In this document: piece by piece, positions 12,944 through 25,900 of the stretch
How positions within the stretch are numbered: position 1 is the first letter of the stretch
How the letters are laid out: each line of letters starts with the position of its first letter
Assembly: GCA_958009085.1 (NCBI GenBank)
Contig: OY253674.1
Span: 496,001-560,000 of the forward strand
Origin: Protoeuglena noctilucae
Lineage: Eukaryota
Length of the DNA: 64,000 nucleotides
Direction of reading: 5' to 3'
Made by a program: the position numbers and the translations under genes
Notes under the pieces: model-generated
What the model was told of the DNA's origin: nothing
Database searches by the model: none
What the model saw: only the letters and a program-made list of their open reading frames with translations

Positions 12944-15263
12944 TCACTCGGCTTTGATAGCATGTGGCAGGGAGTAGGCGGAGGAACCCAGCAGGGACGG
13001 CCTATGGTAGACGGACGTCAGGCCCACGGGCGCGCCGGCGCCGGCGTAGCTCCGCCCGCGGCTCGTGGTGCCCTGCCGGCCCTTGTCCTCGGCCGGGCCA
13101 GGGCCGCCTGGGTCCCCGTTGAGGCAGTTGACGCACTTGCACCGCTCGGAGCACCGCACGCCGGCGGCGAAGCACTCGCAGTACTTCTTGAGGCACCGGG
13201 ACTTCTTGCACTTGCACCCCATGCGGTGCGCGGCGTCGCCCGTGTCGTCGGCCGTGAACCGCTCCTCGAAGGCGTGCGGGTTGCGGGCCTTGACCTCGCG
13301 GCGCGTCTGCTCGACCAGCCCCGCGTTGTCGGCCGTGTTGTGGCAGTTGCAGCAGTTGCAGAGCGGGCCGCAGAAGCTCCCGCTCGCGAAGCAGTCGCAG
13401 TAGAGCTTGAGGCACCGGGACTTTTTGCAGTTGCATTTGAGGCGCTCCTGGCCGTCCTGGGAGTCCGCCTCGGGGGCCGGACGCGGGGGCGGCGCGGGCT
13501 GCTTTTGCCGGACGGCCTTCACCGGCGCGGGCGTCTCCATCTTGTCCATCTCGCTCGCGTCCCTGCGAAGCGAGCGCCCGGGTTATGATAAGATGGGCTC
13601 GGTCGACTGCACCGTCGCTCCCCCGACACGACAGGGTGCAGTTGCAGCAAGCGCTTTCCTCGGCGGTGCCCTGCTAACAGGCTGCATTGCCCCCACCCAA
13701 GGCCCTCACCTTAGCGCAGTGTGCGTCTCGGTCCGCGGCGTGGGGGCGGTGCCGGCCACCCCAACCCCCGGGACGTGCGGGGTCGGCGTGGTGTCCACCA
13801 GGGCGCCGGGGCGGCCCCGCGCGTACGCGGGGGTGGGCGTGCACGGCATCGCGGGGTCCGAGTCCGTCGCGACCCGCACGCCGGGGCTGGCGGACGCGGC
13901 TGCGGCACCGGCGCGCGGCGCGCGGGAGGTGAAGTCGAGCCGCGCCTTGACGGGCCTCGTGGGGCTGGACCCGGTGGGCAGGGCCAGCAGCGACGGACCC
14001 GGCGCGGTGGCGGCGGGCACGGGCTCCTCTGGCCTCATGGGGGACAGCAGGCCGTCGGCGTCGGGGGCCGACGACACGGTGCGCTGGATGGGGTACTTGC
14101 GGATGAAGGCGCGCTTGACGATGGTCGGGGGCGTGGCCACGCGGGACGAGGGGGCGGGGGCGTTCGACTCCAAGGCCTGCGGGGCGCGACATGGGGTCGC
14201 GTGAGGCGGGCGGCTGGCGCGCAGCTGCAGGCGTCGGGGAATCTTGCGACTGGGAGAGCCGCAGCAGGTGGGCGGCACCGCGCCGGGCACCTTGGGCGGG
14301 CCGCTCTTGATGCCGGACAGCGGCGATATGGTGGGCTCCGACTCGGTAACGAACCGTGGTAACGGCACAGGGGAGGCCATCGGCCCCAAGTCCTGGAACG
14401 TGTGGGGGTAGGACGTCCGGCGAGGCGCGATGGGGGATAAGCCGAGCGCGAAGGACGTGAAGGGAGTGCCAGGGGGCGCTGCAGGGGCGGGGGGTCGATG
14501 GTGGTGTCGGTGAGGGCGGAGTCATGAGGCACGGATCGGGGGTATGCACGGGGCCGGGCACAGCGCGTGCCGCCGCATCCCGGCCTCACCGAACGACGCC
14601 CCGGAATCCCGCGGGGCTTTCTGCGGCGTGCTGTAGTCGGAGGCGAAGCGGGACCTCTTGAGCGGCGACGTGGCCGGTCCCGGGCGCACGCCTGGCGGTT
14701 GGAAGAGGGCGGGACAGGGGGAGCCGGGATTTGATGGGAACACCAGCGTTGTTGCGGAGTGGTCACGGCCGTCGCGGAGTCCTCCCGAGACTGCGGGGCG
14801 TGGGGGCGTTCGGGAGACTTTGGGGCACTGGAGTGCCCACATGCGTGCGATGCGGAGCTTAAGCGCGCACCCCGCGCAATTGTCGCGTCATGTTGCGCAA
14901 ATATTCGCCGCAGATCACCCGCGCCTCCCTCGCGATGCCGCGGCGGGGAGCGCCGGGCAAGGAAGGGTCAGCGGCCGAGTCCGGCGCCTCACCGCAGTTC
15001 TCGTCCAGGTTCGGCGTGGTTCGATCGTTTGCGTTCTCCACTTCGCGGGGGGCGGTCGTCGCGCGCTGAGTGCCCGCGGCATCGTCCCCAGCGCAGGCGG
15101 GCTCCTCTGCGGAGGGAGAGGCCCGGGCGTCGACAGGGGCGGGTCCCGCGGGGCACCTCCGCGCGGATCGAACCAAAGTGGTGGCGAGCACGCGGCTGGC
15201 CGCGCCGGGCCGGGATTGGTGGGCCGGCGGGGCCGGGGCGGGGCGCAGGCGTTTTTGGAACAT
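12944..15263 (-). CDS. Tesmin/TSO1-like CRC (two CXC) domain protein, LIN54/TCX family (5' exons uncertain)
   Basis: [33 protein letters not shown], hinge RNPHAF, then [34 protein letters not shown]. Upstream exons are rich in SP/TP. Confidence 0.9.
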
Positions 15264-16146
15264 TTTGGCGGGGAACCTCCGGCGGTTCCGGGGAGGCGTC
15301 CAGCGCGCGGCCCGGCGCCCCTTCGTCATGAGCACGATAAAAGGCGACGTGCGGGACAACCGTGCCCGGAAGGCAACGCGGGATAAGGCGGCCAGGGCGC
15401 GCGCACCTTGGTTGCTTGGCCGGGTGCCGCGCCTGCGCCTCTTCGAAGCTTGTGTCATCGCTCCTCTTCTCGACGATGCGGAGGGTAGCCCGGGACAGGC
15501 ACGGAGGGAGCGGTCGCCGGGCTTGCTGACCGCGAGGAGCGACGACCGCACCCCCGCAGCGGGCCCGCACTCCACAACAAAGCTCTATACAAGCTCGCGG
15601 TCGCTGGGACCGATTATCCGACTCTGACGGGGGAAACACGCTTTTTCCCGCAAATAACCGCACGATGTCCGATGAAAGGGACGATGCGGGCGCTTGCGAA
15701 CGAATGATGTACGGCCACGACGCGGGAGGGGCTCCCGTCGAGGATCGGGGCGGCTCTCGCTGCCAGACCAGGGCCAGTCTCACCATTGCACTCCACGAAG
15801 GGGAGCTGACGTCCAATCGGGCCCTGATTGCGTGACGAGTGTGGACTAGCAACGCCTGAGCAGTTCCGGAGAGGGAGGGGACGCACGAGTGGACTGTCTT
15901 AGAGGACGCCATCGACCGCTCCCGCCTCCCTCGTCCCTGAGCACCGAGGCGGAGAAGTCCAGGCTCACGGTCGACGTGAACGAAGATCTGACCTGCCTGA
16001 CTGGGTGGGGAGGCTTCCCACCCGCCGTTCCCGCGACGGTGGGAACCCCGGTCCGCGTGCTGTGGCCCCGCGCCCGGTGGGGGCCCCGCCCGCCAGATCT
16101 TTGGGCATCCAAGCTTTCTCTAGCTCATCCGCAGACGGAGGGAGAG

Positions 16147-19100
16147 ATGCCGCTTCCGGAGATTGCTCCGATTCCTGGAGAGGATGTCCTCCGGGCGTTG
16201 CGCGAGCACCTCCGGGACATCCGGGCGCCCGGTAAGCGCGCGTGCCATGGAAAAGCTCCGACGATGTTGCAGCAGCAGTGCGGCGCGCGTTTGCCAGCCT
16301 CAATCCGCTGCCTGGGCTCACGCGGGCCGCGACCCGAGCGCCCGCAGGCCGAGCCGACCGAGTCTACAAGGACGAGTGCATGTACACGTTCGCCACCCCC
16401 GAGCACGAGGCGGGGCTGTTCGTAAACATGAAGGTGTCCGCGGCTCCGCTTCGCCAGCCCCGCAATCGAGCGCCTGGCAGGTTGCGATACCGCTACAGCG
16501 CCGCCCTGGCATGCAGACGTGGGAAGGGGTCTGCCGGGACCTCTTGGAGCTGGATGCCTTCAAGTCCGGGTGCCCCGTATACCTCTGGGAGCGGCACGTG
16601 CGCGTGCCACTGTCCCAAGAGGAGCGGGAGCGCCAGAAGGAGCCGCCCAAGGAGCTGGCGATCGGGACGCAGGGCGGTTTCCAGAGCGAGTCGCGGCGTT
16701 TCGACGTGCGCAAGTACGCCGCCGTCGCGGTGGTGTTGGGAGGCGGGGTGCGCTACGTGGAGTTGTCGGAGCACTTGCCAGAGTCGGTCCGCATGGCCGC
16801 CGCGGCCATTGCGGAGAAGGAGTCGGCAGCTCGGCAGGACATTGTGGCTACGTGGCGCGAAGACGTCAAGGTGAGGAGAGGCGGAGCGGGAGAGACGGGT
16901 CTCGTGGGTGGCGTGGCTGGGGTCGGTGCAGTGTGTTTCAGTGCAGGGATCCTTTTGATGCCCATCTGCCCTCTGTCGCCGGTGCAGGTGTCCAAGTACG
17001 CGGAAACGCTGGAGCAGCTGCCTGCGGGGGGCAAGGTGGTGAGCACCAACCCAGATGACTGGGTGTGCGAGGAGACGGGGGTGCGCGACAACCTGTGGCT
17101 CAACCTGTCGACGGGCTTCATCGGATCGGGCAGGCCCATTTGGGACGGGGAGAAGAACATCGGCGGGAACGGATCCGCGATGCGGCATTTCGAAGCGACC
17201 GGTGAGGCCTTGTGAAAACCCTGTGAGCTGAGCCGGGAGGGTCGCTGAGCTCCCCGGCCTCTGCAAAGCACGGGCAACGTGCAAACGCAGGGAAGAAATA
17301 CCCGCTGGTCGTCAAGCTCGGCACCATCACGCCGGACGGCGCCGATGTCTATTCGTATGCTCCAGACGAGGACGACATGGTCTTGGACCCGCTCCTTCGC
17401 CAGCACCTCCTGTGAGTTGGCCGGCGTGCTGCGCCCATGCGCTGCGTCTCGCTCTCGCATGTGGGCCTTCATGGGCATGCGATGGTACCACGGTCACCGC
17501 CGCCGCCACCGCTGCCGCCACCACCACCGCCACGGCCCTTCCCCGCGCAGGCACTGGGGCATCGACATGAACAAGATGGAGAAGACGGTGCGGACCATGG
17601 CCGAGTGGCAGGTGGACTTCAACACGGCCTTCGAGTTCAGCAAGATGACGGAGTCGGGGAGCGCCCTGGAGCCTGTGTCGGGTCCGGGGTGCATCGGGCT
17701 CAAGAACCTGGGCAACACGTGCTACATGAACAGCATCTTCCAGGTCAGAGATACACCCAAGCCGTGCAGCGCACTCTGACCCACTGCATCGGCCCAGGGT
17801 GATTGTCGCCCCTTCGGCTCTCGCAGGCGCTGTTTACCGTCCCGGAACTCCGAGAGCGGTTCCCAGACCAGCGCGAGGAGATCTACGGATCCGCGCCCGC
17901 CGGCACATGCGCGGACTCGCTGGCCTTAAACCTGGCCAAGCTCGGTCGGGCCATGTGCGACGGCGTGACGTACGCCCCTGCCCCGGTCGAGGGCGAGCCT
18001 GAGGCGACGCCCGAGGAGGACGGCAAGTGCGTTATTCCCGCTCGCCTGAAGCGGGTCGTGGGTAAGGGACACCCCGAGTTCTCGTCCAACCGGTGAGCAG
18101 AGCGACGGGGAGGGTGCAGTGGAGCTCGGCGGGGGTGGTCCGGTCGTGGCTCCGATGCCCACACCCGGCTGCGTCCCCATGGTCTGCTCGCAGGCAGCAG
18201 GACGCCGCGGAGTTCCTGCAGCACTTTTTCAGCCTCGTCGGCCGCGCGGAGAGGGCTGACCCGACACTCACGCGCAACCGCGACCCGGCCACGTCAGGGC
18301 TCCCTCTGGAGGACCTCTTCACGCTGGGCATCGAGGAGCGGGTGCAATGCATCGAAAGCAAGAAGGTCGCGTACCGGCAGGGTGAGGAGGGGCGCCGTGC
18401 TGGGGTGCATGAGAGGCGGGTACAGCGCAGCGTGACGGGCGCACCTGGTTGCGGCTGCAGCACGGGACAACATGCTCGCGCTGCCGATCAGCCTGGACGA
18501 CGCCACCAACATGGCCGAGGTCACCGCGTACCAGGAGCGCCAGAGCAAGCGGCAGAGGATCGAGGGTGCCATGCCCGCGGCCGACGGGCCCCAAGACGAG
18601 AAGGCGAGTCGCGTGCGCGTGCTGCTTGCGCTCAGGTTCCGCGTAGACGTCGCGCCCGGTTCTCTGCGCGGTGGCGAGGGTTGCTGTGCGTCCTTGTGAG
18701 ATGTGCAGGTGGTACCGATCGTCCCCTGGGAGGCGTGCCTCAGGCGCTGGGTGTCGGAGGAGGTGGTCGAGGGGTACCTCTCAGCGGCTCTGGGTCGGCG
18801 CACGGTCGCCTCCAAGAGCCACAGGATCGCCAGCTTTCCTCCGTACCTGCTCGTCCGCATGGGGCGGTACTACGGTGCGTGGGGCGGGGGCGCTGGGATG
18901 CCCTCACATGTCACGTGCTTGCATCGGTCCGGCTGCGACGGTTCGCATCGCGACCGGGCCGCAGTGGACAAGACGACCTGGACGGCGAAGAAGCTTGAGT
19001 GCGAGGTGCTTGTGCCGGACGAGGTAGACCTCGAGTCGCTGAGGGCGGGGGGGCCGCAGCCCGGGGAGGAGCTGCAGCCGGAGGAGGCGGAGGGCAGTGG

Positions 19101-19922
19101 GGACGCGCCGGGCGGAGGCGCCGAGTGGGACCCGGAGGTGGTCGCGCAGCTGACAGCGATGGGGTTCAACGAGAACGGCGTCAAGCGCGCCTGCCTGGCC
19201 ACCAACAACGGGGGGGCCGAGGCCTGCATGGAGTGGGTGCTGCAGCACATGGACGATCCGGACTTCAACGATCCCATCCAGGTGCCGTGGTGGCTGTGAT
19301 GTGGGCGCGAGTTGTATTGCAGAAGCGGACGGTGTGCATGGGCCATGGATGCTGCAACTGCCGCGCTTGCCCGCAGAGCAAGTCTGCCGCGTCTGCGCCC
19401 GGGGGTTCCGCGGCGGCGAACCCGGACCACGTGGCCGCTCTCTGCGCGATGGGGTTCACGGGGCAGCAGGCGGAGGCGGCACTGGCGGCGTGCGGAGGGG
19501 ACCCCGAGGCGAGTCGCTACTGCAGGGAAACACTTGGTCGATGCCGACTCTGCGCCGACGCCTTGCCTGGTTTCGTGTTCTCGGCACGGCTGACGCCCTC
19601 GGACGCCCGGCCTCCGCAGCGGGTGGGGGACTGGCTGTTCAGCCACATCGATGACTTGGACGGCGCCGTGGCCGCGGCGATGAGTTCGCGGGCGCCCGTC
19701 CCGAGCCAGGGCGGCAAGAAGCAGCTGCTGGACGGGCGGGGGCGGTACCGCCTCGTCGGCTTCATCTCGCACATGGGGAGCAACACGTCCTGCGGGCACT
19801 ACGTGTGCCACCTGCGGAGGAGCGCGGACGGGCCCTGGATCATCTACAACGACGACAAGGTCGCCATCTCCGAGCACCCGCCGCGGGGCCTCGCATACGT
19901 GTACCTTTTCGCGCGTCACTAG
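16147..19922 (+). CDS. UBP14: Ubiquitin C-terminal hydrolase 14 / isopeptidase T (USP5/13 family)
   Basis: RVYKDEC N-terminal domain, ZnF-UBP ([15 protein letters not shown]...GGNGSA), Cys box [20 protein letters not shown], two UBA domains (MGF), His box [34 protein letters not shown]. Confidence 0.97.
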
Positions 19923-20043
19923 GGCAATGGGCATGCCGGCGTCTCCTGAAGAAAAGGGCCGCCTTTACCTGTGAAGGCCACTGTTCACGGTTTCGTACGC
20001 GCTCCTGGAGTGCCGCAGACCAGCGTAAAGCCCGAGATTTAGC

Positions 20044-21145
20044 ATGAGAGCGGCCGCCCTGGCCACCGTGGCCCTGTCCCTTGTCGCGGTAGCCTGCGCT
20101 GAGTTGGACCCGCAAGTGCAGGCCTGGCTGACCGCGTCGGACGTGGCGGTGCCAAACAACGACTCGCCCGCCAGCCAATCCATCAATGTGGCAGGTGAGC
20201 CCACGTCTGGGGCCCAACAGTCTCCGGGGGACCGCAGCGCGCACGGCGCCCCCCATCGCATAGAGCATGTGGGAAAGGTTCGCTCTTGGGCCGAATGGGA
20301 GCTACACCGGCGGTGGCGACTTGCAAGTTCATTTGGAAGCGTGCCCTTGCATGCCTGCTTGCCATTGGCCCCGCGCCGAGGTCACGCATCTTTCGCAAAC
20401 GAGATCAAGTTCGTTGGTGCCGCGTGTGGGCAGCAGGGACGCACCACAGAGCCGAGCGAGGGACTCCCCCCGAGACCCCCTCGCAAGGGTGGCTTAGCGA
20501 CCTTCGTCGGCCCTGCGCTATCTGTTTGCGTCCCAATCGTTCGCGTGCGCATGTCGAGGGTCTTATTCCGGCCGGCAGGGCAGCAAGAGATCACCCCAGT
20601 TCGTTGACCGCAGGCGACGGCTGTCTTTCGCCAAAGGAGGTGGCCTATTCCTCTCTGATCCTGGAGCCGGGCCAGGACGCGCCGGGACCGGCCGAGGTGA
20701 GGGCGGACTGCGCTCTGGCTGCCACGCCACGCCAATGTCGACGATCATGCCGACTTGCAGCAATCTCAATCCCTGCTCTGGGCGCAGACCTGCCTTACGG
20801 CGCTTCTGTTCAAGGACTACGAGAAGCAGCACAAGTGAGAGCCCGGCCGGTGGCCCGTGTGCTGCTGACGTCCCCCGTGACATCCACTTACAACTCCCCT
20901 CCCTTTCTTCGACTCGCAGCTCGTTCGGGACGTGGCCGGGGCCGCGCTGGGTGAGTACTGGCTCGCACCTGAGGGAAAGAAAGCCTCGGGTGCCGTCCCG
21001 ACATCGATCCCTGTTGCCCCAACCTAGCCCGCAGTGCCCGGCGAACCTCGACGGCATCCCCTGGTCCTACTTCACTGACACTGTCGCCAAGTATCGGGCG
21101 CAGTGCCAGGAGAGCCCTGTTGAGTTCATCTACTCTTTCACGTGA
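20044..21145 (+). CDS. Unknown small secreted protein, copy A (140 aa, 4 Cys in the mature part)
   Basis: Exons 20044-20194, 20614-20696, 20788-20834, 20920-20950, 21035-21145 sum to 423 nt in frame. Signal-peptide-like N-terminus MRAAALATVALSLVAVACA. Exons are conserved with copy B while introns are not. Confidence 0.85.
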
Positions 21146-21232
21146 GGGGGTGCGACACTCTCTGAGTACCACGAGAGCCCCGTCGAGTCCATCTGTTCTT
21201 CACGTGAGAGGGTGTGAGAGGGTGCGGCACCC
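21102..21232 (+). repeat. Imperfect ~63-bp tandem duplication of the last codons and stop of copy A
   Basis: agtgccaggagagccctgttgagttcatctactctttcacgtgagggggtgcgacac versus agtaccacgagagccccgtcgagtccatctgttcttcacgtgagagggtg...tgcggcac. Confidence 0.85.
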
Positions 21233-21464
21233 TCAAACGCTCATATCGTACATCTGTGCCGTCGATACGTAGCTATCCGGGGAGTGCACCGCGCGATGTG
21301 GCTTCCAGGCTCGCGTGATGCGCCCTCACATGCGTTGCGTCGCCGTGCAAGTGTTTGACTTGCTGCATAATTCCATGGGCGCGTCTGCGCGCGAGCATTC
21401 AACCCTGAGCGGTGATGCCACACTTCCGGCCGAGACGCCCGACCCTTGGCTCCGCACCGGCGAA

Positions 21465-22252
21465 ATGTTGACCGCCATGGCTGCGGTGCTGGCGCTGCTC
21501 CTCGCGGTAGCTCGCGCCGATATGGACCCGCAAGTGCAGGCATGGCTGACCGCGTCGGACGTGGCAGTGCCGGACAACAATCCGCCCGCGAGCGGCGTCA
21601 ACGTCCCAGGCAAGGCCGGCCGCGCTCCGCCCGCGCTCACCCCCGTCCCTCCTCGAACGACGCCGCCGACGGCATGCGCGCGTCCGTGTGCACCACCTTA
21701 CTATCGAATCCGTTCCTCGTGAGCGGCGAATAGCCCTATCGTTCGTCGGCCTGTCGGGAAAACCAAGCGACAAGGTTCGCCCTCAGGGGACGGTTGCCTC
21801 TCTCCAAAGGAGATCGCATACAGCACGCTGGTGCTGCCGGCAGGACAGACGACTCCAGGAGTCGTTGAGGTGACGAGCGAATCGCAGCACCGCTGAGGGT
21901 GTTGTGCGCGGGTGTGCGTCTTCGCACATCTTTGCACATGCGGGCTCCGCCGACGCGCCGCCGCCGCCTTCTGTGCCACAGACGTGCGTGACGGCGTTGA
22001 TCTTCAAGGAATACCAGAAGAACTACAACACATTCGGCACGTGGCCGGGGCCGAGGCTGGTAAGGATGCGATACGACGCGTATCGCATGTGCAACGTGCG
22101 GACGTTCGCGACACGATGTGTGGACGTTCACCCCACCGCAGTGCCATGCCAATTTGGACGGCGTCGCATGGTCCTTCTTCACGGATGCGCCCGCGACCTT
22201 CCTGCCCCAGTGCCAGGAGAGCTCTGCGCAGAACGTTTACGCATTCACGTGA
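21465..22252 (+). CDS. Unknown small secreted protein, copy B (138 aa)
   Basis: Exons 21465-21609, 21787-21869, 21982-22059, 22142-22252 (417 nt). DPQVQAWLTASDVAVP, GDGCLSPKE, FGTWPGPR, ANLDG and QCQES are shared with copy A. Confidence 0.85.
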
Positions 22253-22948
22253 TGAGCGTGATGGCTTGACGAGGACATAGGCAGGCAGAGGATAGCAGAG
22301 GAGGAGGCAGCGAGCGCACAGAGCGCAGCAGAGGTGTAGGGAGTGCAAAGAGTTGTGGATGGACTGCCAGCTGTAGTAGATAGTTTACTGAGAATTGCGT
22401 AGCGTCTTTTAAACGCATAATGTGGAAAGGAGACGGGCTCCATGGTATGCCCTTGGGGGCTTCCCAGTGCCTGCATTGTTTTCAAGCCTCGGCCCGTCAT
22501 TTCGAGCAGATACACCTAGCTTGTAGCAGCAGCAAGTGATTACGCTGCAGAGCGCCCCAGTCGAGTCGGGACGCGGCGCAGTGCCGCGATGGCTGCTCTC
22601 CACGTCGTGCCGGTCTTCCAGTGAATACATTGCGATAATTATTGATCCGCCACAGAGCCTCCTGTGCGTGTCTGCCGCCCTCGCGCCTGGAGGGGCCGGG
22701 TCAACGCCCTCACGAGGTGGCGCATGCAACGTGTCGCGGGTCTTAGATATAGCAGGTGACGCGGGGTGCTTCTCCGAGACGCCGTGGTGCAGGACACGGC
22801 AGCTGCGGGGAACTTCTTCCAACGAGGGACACGGCCGCAAACGCCCGCGCTGCCCTCGGCGCGGAGGCTTTCAATCGGGGCGCGCGCTGGCTTTGCGGCT
22901 GGATGCTGACGGTTTTTTTACTCGCATGCGTCGCAGATACGACTCGGG

Positions 22949-25900
22949 ATGCAAGCCCAGTCGTCGGCAGGGAGGGGGGAAGCATGGGCCAAGTGAGTGT
23001 GCCTCCGCGCGCCGCCTCGGCTGCTGCTCGGGGACCTGGAGCGAGCCGGTCGTGATATGTAGAACAGAAGACGCGCGCGACATGCCTGCGTGGCCTCTGA
23101 AACTGCCTGCGCGCCCCCCACCTTCCAGGGATGCGGACGCGCGGGGGGAGGGCGAGGGGGACCCGCAGCAGCAGGAGGAGAATGCGCTGCTGAGCCTGGA
23201 TGCCGGAGAAATGGACTCGCTCAAGCTGGAGATGCGGAAGGCGTCGCTGACGGTGCGGGGCGGATGTTGCAGCGGGGACGGGGACGGGACGGGGCAGGGA
23301 CGAGACTGCCGTCGACGGCTCCCCTCCGGCCGCGCCCGCAGGACGCCCTGTTCGGGGTCATGTACACGCTGCTGAAGGAGAAGGCCGAGGGCTCGTGGAA
23401 GACGGAGATGCTCGATGTGATCATCCACTTCCTGCAGCTGTACGTCCAAGTGCTTTCCAACAACGTGAGGGCCCGAGCGGCGGGCGGGCTGGGCCCATCC
23501 CCACCGTAGCGCGCTTGGCTCACGACCCCGCTCTCGCGCGCAGTTCCGCTGGACGTGGGACCTGAACCCAACGACCACCACGGACATCGGCAATGCGGAG
23601 ATGGACAACCTGTTCCAGTTCCTGGGCTACAGCTCCTTCGTCTACACCTTCTGGGTGCTGTTCGCCATTCTCATGGTGGTGGGTGGCGGCTCGTGACCAG
23701 GAGTAGCCAGGCCGGGCCTGCCGCTGCACAGGCCACCGTACATGCACGCCTCGCCCCCGCAGTCCCTCCTCATCTGCGCCTGGGTGGCCCAGAACTTCAA
23801 GACCGGCAAGTTCCCCTTCGTCTGGCCCATTAAGCTGGCCCGCGTCTTCGTCGGCTTCTTCTTCTCGACCTTCTATCTCACGTCTCTAAGGCAAGCCCAG
23901 CGCTTTGGTCAGCGCATGCCGCACCGCCGCCGCAGAGGCACCGCCCCGCCGGACCGCGCGCCCGCTTTCTCCGCAGTGTGTTTGAGTTGGCTTTGGCCTG
24001 CAACTTTTTCGACTACAAGTCGAAAGGGTTCGCCGGCCCCACCATGAGCATCTTCCCCGACGTGCGGTGCGACAAGCCTCCGCACGTCTTCATCCTGTGC
24101 TTCTCCGTCCCCGCCACGATCCTCACCGCCATCGTCTCGTACCTCCTGACCATCGGCCGTTCCGAGATGGACCCCCTGACGCCGGGGCTGACAGCGGTCA
24201 ACTTCCCCGTGACCAGCACCAAGATCTTCCTCTGGGTGACGATGCTCGATACGTTCAACATCCTCTTCCGCGGCAAGGGCGTCACGTTCGGGGTCATCAC
24301 CATCGCCATCTGCGTCTACGTCATATACGCGCTCCTGCGGTGGATGCCGTACGTCACGGACTGGATCAACCAACTGGAGGTGAGGCAGGGTCGTGGGGGC
24401 CAAGCACGGGCGGCGGGCGCTGAGCAAATGTGACTATGTATGACAGGCAGGGACACCAGGTGGCGTTCACAGTCTCAGAGAAGCGATGGGTCCCCTGCCG
24501 TCCTCGCAGTGCGGCATGTACACGGCTATGCTCTACATGGGCATTATCCTCGTCTACCTGACGGTCGCTGGCGCGCCATACCATCAGCACTCGATGATGG
24601 CGCTCTACGGTGCAAGGCTGCCCCTCTGTGTACAGTCACCGTGCCTCCGCCGGGCCTCTTGCAAAGAGCGCCTGCCCCACTGCCACCCCTGCAGGCATTC
24701 CTCCCTCCTTCGTCGTGGGATGGTGCCTCATGACCATCCGCCTGCGGAGCCCAAGAGCCATGGCGTCGAAGTTCCGCAAAGTCCAGGCAAGTCCATGGCT
24801 CAGCGTGCCCCTTCACAAGCACACCGCATCCATCGTGGCGCGACGCTCGCTTGAGTGGTTTGGCCACTCAGATCCGGCCCACTCACTGCCCACCGATTGT
24901 TCCCTCGCGCAGATTCGCAACAGCCTGTTTGACGATCAGGCCCGGCGCTCCTCCGTGCGCAACGCGAACCTCAGCACGTTTGGCTCCGTGCTCAAGTCCA
25001 TGGAGATGAACATCTTTGGCATGTTCAAAGGAACGACGTCGAAGGTTCAGGACAGCGTCCCTCGCCCGTCCGGACCGGAAGGTGGGCCCTGGCACGCTCC
25101 GCTCGCTGGCGTCGCCGCTCGTCATCGATGCCATGCCCCGACACTCCCGCTTCCGTCGCCGCTGAGCAGGTCCGCTTCTCCGTTCTTCCCAGCGGAGACC
25201 CGACGGCATTTCGCAGCTCAGCAAGGAGCTCTCGGAGAGCAAGCGGGAGGCCCCCAACGCAGACGCGCAGTCGTCCGTCTCAAGGCCGGACGCCACGGGC
25301 CACGGCAGCCGTTTGACGAGCGAACCCGCCCGGCCATCCCGCCACCGGCCCAGTCGGTTCGGGCCCGCGGGAGGCGCGCCCGGCGCAGACGCCGGCAGAG
25401 CCGGTCGGCCCGGGCTGCCATCCACTCGCGTCAGCTTCGTCGAGGCGAGGATCCCTGGCCTGAGCCCGGAGGGCGAGCCCGCATCGACGACGGGCAACGC
25501 GCCCGAGGTGCACCACTCGTACCACGCGGGGCTGCCCCGCGTCGCGGACATGCAACCGGAACGGGCGGCCGAGTCCCACCGCGGCCAGTTGCGGCCGGTC
25601 ACGAGATCCCACACCACGGAGGATGGGCCGGGGGTATTTATACCCGCACGGGTGACGGATACGGAGGTGGGCAGAACCAGCACGGGGCGCGCTCGGCCCA
25701 GCTCCGCCCAGCGCCCCAGCCGGCCGTCAAAGGGGCCGGGCACGGACGCCGCCATCGAGGCCCGCGCTCAGACCAAGCGCGTGTCTGCCGCGGAAGACAG
25801 GCCGGGCACCATGCCGGGCGCTGGGCGCTTGGGAGCGTCGCGCCCGCTCTCGCCCCTGTCTGGCCAGCCCGCCCTCACGCCGGATGCCTCGGGCAGGCCC

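Noticed and set aside
17495..17535. Poly-His/Pro ORF segment from (CGC/CAC)n
   Set aside because: Lies in a UBP14 intron; ordinary trinucleotide microsatellite.
21102..21232. CRISPR-like or LTR-like repeat
   Set aside because: Only two abutting imperfect copies derived from coding sequence, with no spacers, cas genes or retroelement ORFs.
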